Positions 16,936 to 24,019 of a stretch of 24,517 nt of DNA are shown in pieces (the stretch's first letter is position 1; every line of letters begins with the position of its first letter). A program made the position numbers and the translations under genes. The DNA is taken from assembly GCA_964419085.1 (NCBI GenBank), contig CAYQOI010000001.1, forward strand, positions 1-24,517, given 5' to 3'. Under the pieces are notes generated by a model. It was not told the origin of the DNA, made no database searches, and saw only the letters and a list, made by a program, of their open reading frames with translations. The stretch comes from an uncultured Cytophagia bacterium. Lineage in GTDB: Bacteria; Zhuqueibacterota; Zhuqueibacteria; Oceanimicrobiales; Oceanimicrobiaceae.

Positions 16936-18675
16936 ATGTCCGACTACACCATGGAAACCGACAAAGAGCTGGAAGCCGTTCTGGGTTCGCACAAGACGCG
17001 CATCCGGATTGTGGGGACCGGCGGTGGTGGCAACAACACCGTCACACGACTCCTGGAGTCCGGCACCAAAGAGGTGGAGGTTATCGCGGTCAACACCGAT
17101 GCCCAGGATTTACTTTTCGCCAAAGCACACCAGAAACTCCTCATCGGCAAGAATATCACAAACGGGTTAGGCGCGGGAAGCGACCCGAAGAAAGGGGAGG
17201 AGTCCGCGAAAGAGAGTTTGCCGGAGCTGGAAAAAGCCCTGGCCGGCAGTGACATGGTATTCATCACCTGCGGTCTGGGCGGTGGGACGGGCACGGGCTC
17301 CGCGCCGATCATCGCAGAGACCGCGAAGAAGTGTGGCGCGTTGACCATCGCGATCGTAACCCTGCCGTTCAGCGATGAGGGGGTGGTTCGCTGGGACAAC
17401 GCGCACAAGGGCCTGGAACAGTTGCAGAAGAATGTGGACACCGTGATCGTGGTTCAAAACGACCGGCTTCTGGACCTGGTGCCGGATATGCCGTTGAGCG
17501 CTGCGTTCAAAGTTGCGGACGAAATTCTGGTGAACGCGGTGAAGGGTATCACCGAGCTGGTGACGGAGAAAGGGCTGGTGAACCTGGACTTCGCAGATGT
17601 CAAGACCATCATGGAAAACGGTGGTCTGGCGATGATCGGACTCGGGGAAAGCGAGTCGGAAAAGAACGCGGAGGAGGCGGCGGAAAAGGCCTTGCAAAAC
17701 CCGCTTCTGGACGTGGAGATCACCGGTGCGAGAAGTGCGCTGATCAACATCTCCGGTGGTCCCGATCTCTCGCTCAAGTCCGCCAAAACGATCATGAAGT
17801 TGGTTGCGGAGCGCCTGGACCCGTCCGCGCGGATCATCTGGGGAACGCGACTCGACGAGTCTCTGGGTTCGGCGATCCGGGTGATGCTCATCGTCACCTG
17901 CCTGAAGTCGCACAGACGGTCTGCTTCGGAGGTGGATATCGCGATCAAGAAAACGGCCGCGGATCAGCAGGGAGCCTCGCCGCAAAAGCCCGCCAAGCCG
18001 GCAACCGCGCCCCCTTCTGCGGATGGTTCTAAGAAGAAAGGCCAAAAGACTCAGAAGAACGGTAGTCAGGTGTTCTCTGAGATCTTTATGGAGGAGTCCG
18101 AAGCAGACCTGGTGATGCTGGAGGAGGCGATCAAAAATCTGAGTCCAGGCAACCAGCCTCACAACGAGAAATATCTTCGCAAGATGAAGACGGCTTCCAC
18201 ATCGCTCTACAACTCTTCGGAGCTGTTCGCATATTCGAGGTTGGCGGAGTTTACCGATTTGGTGGTGCAACTTACCGAGGGGGCCATTAAGCAGCAGTTT
18301 GATCTTTCCGAAAACTTGATCGAGCTGTTTCGGGAGATTCCTGCCGCTCTGAACGGGATGATCGTCGACGACAAAAAAGCGTACGAGACCGCGGACGAAT
18401 TGAAGCAGAAGTTTCACAACGTCCTTGACCTGGTGAACAACCCCGCGGGATCCGGAAACGGAGACGCGCCTGCCCAAGCACCTCGCGCAGAGGTGCTGTC
18501 CCCGCTCGACGAGGGTGCCACGCATTCCCCCGCTGCGTTGGGTTCCGAAGTCTCCGGCGCGGCAGGCGACACCGCTGTTGCGCCACAGACAAAGCCGGAG
18601 AGCGCTGTCCCGGAAGATGGGGAAGAAGGCGCCGAGCCCCAGAAAAAGGTTCGGTATTTTGACAAGTTGTTTTGA
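16936..18675 (+). CDS. ftsZ: FtsZ-family GTPase resembling archaeal FtsZ1, fused to a C-terminal His-less Hpt-like domain
   Basis: Tubulin signature GLGGGTGTGSAP, NTDAQ, GLGAG and T7 loop NLDFADV in residues ~20-325. Residues ~378-500 are Hpt-like, and the protein has low-complexity linkers. Confidence 0.9.
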   Translation: MSDYTMETDKELEAVLGSHKTRIRIVGTGGGGNNTVTRLLESGTKEVEVIAVNTDAQDLLFAKAHQKLLIGKNITNGLGAGSDPKKGEESAKESLPELEKALAGSDMVFITCGLGGGTGTGSAPIIAETAKKCGALTIAIVTLPFSDEGVVRWDNAHKGLEQLQKNVDTVIVVQNDRLLDLVPDMPLSAAFKVADEILVNAVKGITELVTEKGLVNLDFADVKTIMENGGLAMIGLGESESEKNAEEAAEKALQNPLLDVEITGARSALINISGGPDLSLKSAKTIMKLVAERLDPSARIIWGTRLDESLGSAIRVMLIVTCLKSHRRSASEVDIAIKKTAADQQGASPQKPAKPATAPPSADGSKKKGQKTQKNGSQVFSEIFMEESEADLVMLEEAIKNLSPGNQPHNEKYLRKMKTASTSLYNSSELFAYSRLAEFTDLVVQLTEGAIKQQFDLSENLIELFREIPAALNGMIVDDKKAYETADELKQKFHNVLDLVNNPAGSGNGDAPAQAPRAEVLSPLDEGATHSPAALGSEVSGAAGDTAVAPQTKPESAVPEDGEEGAEPQKKVRYFDKLF

Positions 18676-18684
18676 GCGAACAAA

Positions 18685-19281
18685 ATGGAGCGTCGAGACG
18701 TGGACGAGACATTTCCGCTGCGGCACACCTATTTCCGGGAAATGATGCGCAGCCTGAAAAAGATGAAAGCGGCTCTGGGCGCGTGGCAGAAACGGCCAGA
18801 GGAGAGAACGCACCCGCAAGCCATCGCAGCGGCGGCGCGGGAGGTGGCAGACCTGGCGATGATCCACGGCTACGAGGGTGTGGAGAGTATCGCGGAGCAG
18901 TTGCAGCAGAGCCTTGGGCGAATGAATCTTTCCGACGACCCGGAGCGAGCGGGCGTTTTTCTCAAGGTGGAATCCGCGATCGTCGCGATCCGACAGATCG
19001 CTCGCATCGAGGATTTTCTGGAAGGTCGCCTCACCGTGAGACGAGTTGCCGCCGACCGCGGCGATGATGTTTCCTCTCACACGGTGAAGATAGGTGACGA
19101 AGAAGCCGAGCCGTTCTGTGAGATCGAAAAGCTTACCGAGGCCGATTTGAACGATTTGAGCGCAATCTCTTCCCCAGAGCCTCAGTTCGATATCAGCGAG
19201 TTCGAGTCTGTGGCACATCTGATGGCCAAAGCCCGGACGCCGCGCGCCGAGTCTCCCTCGTCCGATTCCCTGCCACATTAA
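18685..19281 (+). CDS. Hpt-like domain protein lacking the canonical phosphoacceptor His, with an acidic C-terminal tail
   Basis: AAREVADLAMIHGYEGVESIA closely parallels AFESIAGMAMVYGFDAVEQIA in ORF 15076. It starts 9 nt after the ftsZ stop. Confidence 0.65.
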   Translation: MERRDVDETFPLRHTYFREMMRSLKKMKAALGAWQKRPEERTHPQAIAAAAREVADLAMIHGYEGVESIAEQLQQSLGRMNLSDDPERAGVFLKVESAIVAIRQIARIEDFLEGRLTVRRVAADRGDDVSSHTVKIGDEEAEPFCEIEKLTEADLNDLSAISSPEPQFDISEFESVAHLMAKARTPRAESPSSDSLPH

Positions 19282-19293
19282 GCTCCTCTTATT

Positions 19294-19315
19294 CCGGTCC
19301 CTAAGCCGGGATCGG
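19294..19315 (+). terminator. Hairpin at the end of the sigma54 operon (possible terminator or stabiliser)
   Basis: CCGGTCCC-taagcc-GGGATCGG, an 8-bp stem with one G-U pair. No U-tract follows. Confidence 0.25.
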
Positions 19316-19360
19316 GTGCTTCCCTCTCCGCCGAAGCGACTTCCCCCGTCGAGAAATCCG

Positions 19361-19389
19361 TTGTAATTCTTCACAAGAATTCGTAAAAT
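19361..19389 (+). promoter_or_regulatory. Putative sigma70 promoter of guaB with an internal palindrome
   Basis: TTGTAA (19361-19366), 17 bp, TAAAAT (19384-19389). The inverted repeat AATTCTT-cac-AAGAATT occupies 19365-19381. Confidence 0.55.
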
Positions 19390-19419
19390 AGCCAAAGTAT
19401 CAGAGGTGAGGAGAACGGT

Positions 19420-20886
19420 ATGAGCGAGAAGATTATCGGGGAAGCCCTGACTTTTGACGACGTACTGCTGGTTCCGGGCTATTCGGAGGTTTTGCCGCGG
19501 GACACGGATGTGCGAAGCCGGCTCACGCGCAACATTGAGCTGAATGTTCCGCTCGTCGCGGCCGCAATGGATACGGTGACGGAGTCCGAGCTCGCCATCG
19601 CTCTGGCCCGAGAAGGCGGGATCGGAATTATCCACAAGAACATGCCGGCGAGCAAACAGGCGGAGGAAGTCGATCGCGTCAAACGCTCAGAAAGCGGGAT
19701 GATTTACAACCCCATCACGCTCACCGCGGACCGGAAGGTCAGGGAGGCGCTGGAGCTGATGAAGCGCTACAAGATCTCCGGCATTCCCATCGTGGAGGGG
19801 AAGAAGTTGGTGGGCATTCTCACCAACCGGGATTTGCGATTCGAAATCGACACCGAACAGGAGATCGGCACGGTGATGACGCGGGAAGGCCTGGTTACGG
19901 CTGCGGTCGGCACGACGCTGGAAGAGGCCGAGCAGATCTTACAGAAAAACCGCATCGAAAAATTGCCGGTGGTGGACGCGACCGGGAATCTGAAAGGTCT
20001 GATCACGGTAAAGGATATTCAGAAAAAGCGCCTTTACCCCAACGCGGCTAAGGATGAGAAGGGCAGACTCCTGGTGGGGGCTGCGGTCGGTGTGGGTTCA
20101 GACGCGATGTTACGTGCCGAGGCGCTGCTGGCGGCCAATGTGGATGTCATCGTTGTGGATACCGCGCACGGGCACTCCCGGGGCGTGCTGGAGACGGTCC
20201 GGCGCTTCAAGAAGGAGTTCGAGGACGTGGAGTTGATCGCGGGGAACATCGCCACGGAGGACGCGGCCAAAGCGTTGATCGATGCCGGCGCGGATGCCGT
20301 GAAAGTGGGCATGGGGCCCGGCGCCATCTGTACGACGCGGGTTGTTTCCGGTGTGGGTATGCCTCAGATCACCGCGGTGATGGAGTGTGCGAAAGCGTGC
20401 GAGAAAGCCGGCGTTCCTCTGATTTCCGATGGGGGGATCAAGCAAACGGGCGACATCGCTAAGGCCATCGCGGCCGGCGCGGATAGCGTGATGATCGGCA
20501 ACCTTTTCGCCGGCACCGAAGAAAGCCCGGGACAGAAGATGTTTCTCGGCGGGCGGAGCTTCAAGGTCTATCGTGGCATGGGGTCGCTCTCAGCGATGCA
20601 AGAGGGGAGCAAAGACCGATATTTTCAGGAGCATGAGACGGAGATGAAGAAGCTGGTGCCGGAAGGGATCGAGGGTCGCGTGCCCTACCGCGGGCGCGTC
20701 TGCGAGGTGGTGTACCAGATGGTAGGTGGCCTCAGGTCTGCGATGGGGTACTGCGGAACCAAAGACATCGCACAGCTCAAACGTGAGGGCCGTTTCGTGC
20801 GGGTGAGCACCCCGGGACTGGCGGAAAGTCACCCCCACGACATCCTCATCACGCAGGAGGCCCCGAACTACAACATGCTGAAATAA
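19420..20886 (+). CDS. guaB: IMP dehydrogenase with a CBS pair
   Basis: [46 protein letters not shown] (catalytic Cys), ISDGGI and YRGMGS. GAGGAG RBS. Confidence 0.97.
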   Translation: MSEKIIGEALTFDDVLLVPGYSEVLPRDTDVRSRLTRNIELNVPLVAAAMDTVTESELAIALAREGGIGIIHKNMPASKQAEEVDRVKRSESGMIYNPITLTADRKVREALELMKRYKISGIPIVEGKKLVGILTNRDLRFEIDTEQEIGTVMTREGLVTAAVGTTLEEAEQILQKNRIEKLPVVDATGNLKGLITVKDIQKKRLYPNAAKDEKGRLLVGAAVGVGSDAMLRAEALLAANVDVIVVDTAHGHSRGVLETVRRFKKEFEDVELIAGNIATEDAAKALIDAGADAVKVGMGPGAICTTRVVSGVGMPQITAVMECAKACEKAGVPLISDGGIKQTGDIAKAIAAGADSVMIGNLFAGTEESPGQKMFLGGRSFKVYRGMGSLSAMQEGSKDRYFQEHETEMKKLVPEGIEGRVPYRGRVCEVVYQMVGGLRSAMGYCGTKDIAQLKREGRFVRVSTPGLAESHPHDILITQEAPNYNMLK

Positions 20887-20956
20887 AAAGAAGCCGGGTT
20901 CGCCGTCCTACCGGAATTAGGGGGAGTTACCAGTTGGGACGTGCTCGCCCGGCTTC
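20885..20956 (-). terminator. Long hairpin between convergent guaB and rpsT, with the U-tract on the rpsT strand
   Basis: GAAGCCGGG (20890-20898) pairs with CCCGGCTTC (20948-20956). On the minus strand the stem is followed by UUUUUAUUU. Confidence 0.55.
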
Positions 20957-20979
20957 GTAATTTAGGAAAGCTCTTTTGC

Positions 20980-21231
20980 TTACAAACTGTTCACATAACG
21001 GGCTAAACGGGCCTTTTGATTGGCGGCCTTATTGCGATGAATAATGCCTTTGGAAACGAGTTTGTCTAAAACAGAAGTCGCCTTCCTATATCGGCTCTCT
21101 GCGTCTTCTCTGGACTCAGCCGCCAGCACTTTCTTGATATAAGTCTTCATCATCGACTTATAGTGGACATTGCGCTGTCTGGACTTTTCGTTGCGTCTGA
21201 TTCTTCGTATCGACGAAGGATAATTGGCCAT
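20980..21231 (-). CDS. rpsT: 30S ribosomal protein S20
   Basis: MAN..S..RRIR..EK.RQRN...KS.MKT.IKK and LDKLVSKGIIHRNKAANQKARL. AAGGAG RBS. Confidence 0.96.
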   Translation of the reverse strand: MANYPSSIRRIRRNEKSRQRNVHYKSMMKTYIKKVLAAESREDAESRYRKATSVLDKLVSKGIIHRNKAANQKARLARYVNSL

Positions 21232-21274
21232 TCTTGTCTTTTCTCCTTAGCACTCGTTGTTACGGAACTGTGTA

Positions 21275-21303
21275 AATATACGAAACTATGGCGCCTTTGT
21301 CAA
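21275..21303 (-). promoter_or_regulatory. Sigma70 promoter of rpsT
   Basis: Minus strand TTGACA (21303-21298), 17 bp, TATATT (21280-21275). Confidence 0.7.
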
Positions 21304-21371
21304 CAAAAAAACATCAGGCGCTATGCTCATTAAAAATGGAAATTTAGCCGGTTCGCGGCGGAAACTTTTGC

Positions 21372-21400
21372 TTGACTTTTAGCGTGGTATGTGTTATTAT
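21372..21400 (+). promoter_or_regulatory. Sigma70 promoter of the STAS gene, divergent from rpsT
   Basis: TTGACT (21372-21377), 17 bp, TATTAT (21395-21400), with an extended -10 TG at 21392-21393. Confidence 0.65.
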
Positions 21401-21490
21401 AATTGACTTTGATTTCCAGACTTCGCGCCTCTTAAGATCCGGGTTGCCAACCCCTGGGGAGGACGCACGTGCTCAATGTAAGGAGGGAAC

Positions 21491-21832
21491 ATGAAGATTA
21501 AAGAGCGGATTCTGGGTAATGTGGCGATTTTGGAGCTCAGCGGGAAGTTACTGGGCGGACCGCCGGATTCCCAGGAATTTAAGGACAAAATCTATGCCCT
21601 TATCGACCAGGGCATCGTGAATGTTGTGGTGGATCTCAAGGACGTCAAGCGGATGAACAGTTCCGGGCTCGGGATTCTGATTTCGGCGCTGACATCCTTG
21701 CGAAACAGGAACGGCGATCTCAAGCTTGCGGCTATCGATGAATTGATGGAAGGCATTTTGATCATGACCAAATTGAACACCATCTTTGAAACTTATGACA
21801 CGGCAGAAGGCGCAGCACAGAGTTTCAAATAA
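21491..21832 (+). CDS. Anti-sigma factor antagonist (STAS domain, SpoIIAA/RsbV family)
   Basis: 113 aa. VAILELSGKL, VVVDLKDVKRMNSSGLGILI (phosphorylatable Ser motif) and GDLKLA. AAGGAGG RBS. Confidence 0.9.
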   Translation: MKIKERILGNVAILELSGKLLGGPPDSQEFKDKIYALIDQGIVNVVVDLKDVKRMNSSGLGILISALTSLRNRNGDLKLAAIDELMEGILIMTKLNTIFETYDTAEGAAQSFK

Positions 21833-21872
21833 AAGGCGCGGTTCCGTGGCACCAGTCGATTGTTTCCAGAAT

Positions 21873-21897
21873 GAGAGCTCCTTGGCTCTCTTTTTTT
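21873..21897 (+). terminator. Intrinsic terminator after the STAS gene
   Basis: GAGAGC-tccttg-GCTCTC followed by T7. Confidence 0.7.
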
Positions 21898-21934
21898 GGT
21901 TTATTTTCGAACGTGAAGATTAAGGGAGGTTACG

Positions 21935-24019
21935 GTGAAAGAGTATTCTCCGGTGGATATCAGAAACCTGGCTCTGATCGGTCACGCGACCGTCGGTAAG
22001 ACCACGCTCTCCGAGGCGATGCTTTTTACCGCAGGCGAAATCAACCGGCAGGGCACGGTCGATGATGGTAGTACGACATCCGATTACAACGCAGATGAGA
22101 TCGAGCGCAAGATCTCCATCAACACTTCCCTTCTTCACTGTGCGTGGAAAAACCGAAAGATAAACATCTTGGATACGCCGGGGTACTCCGATTTTATCGG
22201 CGAGGTCAAGGGTACGCTGCGGGTCACAGACCTGGCTGTGGTCGTCATCAATGCCGTCGCCGGCGTGGAAGTCGGTACCGAAACGGTCTGGAAGATGAAC
22301 GCGGAGTACGGGCATCCGGCCGTGTTTTTCCTCAATCGGCTGGACAAAGAGCACGCTGACTTTGATAAGTCTCTGGCGGGACTGCAAGAGCGTTTTGGAA
22401 AACAAGTTGTCGCCGTACATTTGCCCACCAACCCGGGAGAAGATTTCGATTCGTTCGTGGACCTCATCTCGATGCAACAGGTCACTTATTCCCGGGATGG
22501 TTCGGGGAAGTTCTCCGTGACCGACATTCCCGGGGAGTTGAAAGGCCGGGCCGAAGAGCTCCACGAAAAGTTGGTGGAAGTGGCTGCTGAAAACGATGAC
22601 GCGCTGTTGGAGAAGTTTTTCGATGAGGGGGGACTCTCGCCTGAAGAGATCGCGAAGGGGTTGCGGCTGGGCATTCTGAACAAGGGCATCTATCCGGTAC
22701 TCTCCGGTGCCGCGGCTGGAAACATCGGGGTGGCGCATCTGTTGGATTTTATCGCGGACTTCGCGCCGTCGCCCGTGGATCTGCCGCCTGAAGTGGCCAC
22801 CCGGGTCGGGTCCAACGAAGAGGTCACCCGGGAATGCAAGGAGGACCTTCCGGTCGCGCTGCTCGTTTTCAAAACCGTGGCCGAGCAGCATGTGGGGGAA
22901 CTCTCCTTTTTCAGAATGGTCTCCGGTCGGCTGGCCTCGGGCACAACCATCATGAACACCAGCCGCAACATTTCGGAAAAGATCGGCCAGATCTTTTTCA
23001 TGAATGGCAAGAATCGCAAAGAGGTGGGTAACGTGGTTGCCGGCGACATTGCAGCGACGGTCAAGCTCAAGGACACCCACACCGGTAACACCCTCAGCGA
23101 CAAAAAAGATCCCATCGTGCTCAAGGGCATCGATTTCCCTGCGCCGGTGATCCGAATTGCGGTGGAGCCGAAGGCCAAAGGCGACGAAGATAAGATTTCG
23201 TCCGGTCTCAGCATGCTGCACGAACAGGATCCCACATTTGTGGCTTCCCACGACAGCGAGCTCAAACAAACCATCATCGCTGGCCAGGGAGAGTTGCATC
23301 TGGATATCGTGGTCAAGCGGTTGAAAGAGAAATTCGGGGTGGACGTGAATCTCGTGGAACCCAAGATTCCTTACCGGGAGACCATCACCGCCACCGCGCA
23401 AGCCCAGGGCAAGTACAAGAAGCAGTCCGGCGGCCGCGGGCAGTACGGGGATGTCTGGCTCAAACTGGAGCCGCTCAAGGGAGACCAGGAGTTTGAGTTT
23501 GTGGATGCGATCGTCGGGGGCGTCGTGCCGGGCAAGTTCATTCCCGCGGTGGAGAAAGGCGTGCGCGAAACGATGGAAGAGGGGGTGCTGGCAGGCTACC
23601 GCGTGACGGGAGTGAAGGTCACCCTTTACGACGGCAGCTACCACAGCGTCGACTCTTCCGAAATGGCCTTCAAGATCGCCGGGTCCATGGCGTTCAAAAA
23701 GGCGTTCCACGAGGCCAAACCGGTTCTTTTGGAGCCTATTTACGATGTGGAGGTGGTCGTCCCGGAAGAGTTTATGGGGGATGTCATGGGTGATCTCTCC
23801 AGCCGCCGCGGCAAGATCGCGGGCATGGATTCAGAAGGGCCGTTTCAGCTCATCAAAGCGAAAGTCCCGCTTGCGGAATTGTACAAATACTCGACTTCGC
23901 TGCGTTCGCTGACGCAGGGTCGGGGGTTGCATCGTCGCAAGTTTTCGCACTACGAGCAGGTGCCCCATGACGTGGCCGAGAAGGTGATCGCGCAAGCGCA
24001 GGAAGAAAAGCAGCAATGA
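21935..24019 (+). CDS. fusA: Elongation factor G paralog (EF-G2/EFG II-like)
   Basis: Full five-domain EF-G length (694 aa) with GQGELHL, PKIPYRETI, KKQSGGRGQYG, YDGSYHSVDSSEMAFKIAG and LLEPI. The G-motifs are divergent: GHATVGKTT, DTPGYSDF, NRLD. GGGAGG RBS and GTG start. Confidence 0.9.
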   Translation: MKEYSPVDIRNLALIGHATVGKTTLSEAMLFTAGEINRQGTVDDGSTTSDYNADEIERKISINTSLLHCAWKNRKINILDTPGYSDFIGEVKGTLRVTDLAVVVINAVAGVEVGTETVWKMNAEYGHPAVFFLNRLDKEHADFDKSLAGLQERFGKQVVAVHLPTNPGEDFDSFVDLISMQQVTYSRDGSGKFSVTDIPGELKGRAEELHEKLVEVAAENDDALLEKFFDEGGLSPEEIAKGLRLGILNKGIYPVLSGAAAGNIGVAHLLDFIADFAPSPVDLPPEVATRVGSNEEVTRECKEDLPVALLVFKTVAEQHVGELSFFRMVSGRLASGTTIMNTSRNISEKIGQIFFMNGKNRKEVGNVVAGDIAATVKLKDTHTGNTLSDKKDPIVLKGIDFPAPVIRIAVEPKAKGDEDKISSGLSMLHEQDPTFVASHDSELKQTIIAGQGELHLDIVVKRLKEKFGVDVNLVEPKIPYRETITATAQAQGKYKKQSGGRGQYGDVWLKLEPLKGDQEFEFVDAIVGGVVPGKFIPAVEKGVRETMEEGVLAGYRVTGVKVTLYDGSYHSVDSSEMAFKIAGSMAFKKAFHEAKPVLLEPIYDVEVVVPEEFMGDVMGDLSSRRGKIAGMDSEGPFQLIKAKVPLAELYKYSTSLRSLTQGRGLHRRKFSHYEQVPHDVAEKVIAQAQEEKQQ

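Noticed and set aside
16936-18675. Calling this the housekeeping cell-division ftsZ, or a CetZ/TubZ
   Set aside because: There is no dcw context and no C-terminal FtsA-binding peptide. The core keeps FtsZ-type motifs (NTDAQ, GLGAG, NLDFAD) and is much closer to recalled FtsZ1 than to the more divergent CetZ/TubZ families.
17167-19635. 822-aa minus-strand ORF, and similar long antisense ORFs (758-2452, 6933-8861, 8816-9943, 10874-12169, 14458-15465, 21920-23710)
   Set aside because: They lie antisense to genes with clear family motifs and have no recognisable domains. Such shadow ORFs are expected from GC-rich codon usage.
19420-20886. guaB as a functional part of the module (GTP supply for FtsZ and the diguanylate cyclase)
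   Set aside because: guaB has its own predicted sigma70 promoter and is a common housekeeping neighbour. Adjacency alone is not evidence.
21846-21862. TGGCAC upstream of the EF-G paralog as a sigma54 promoter
   Set aside because: There is no GC at the -12 position; GG-N10 is followed by TT.
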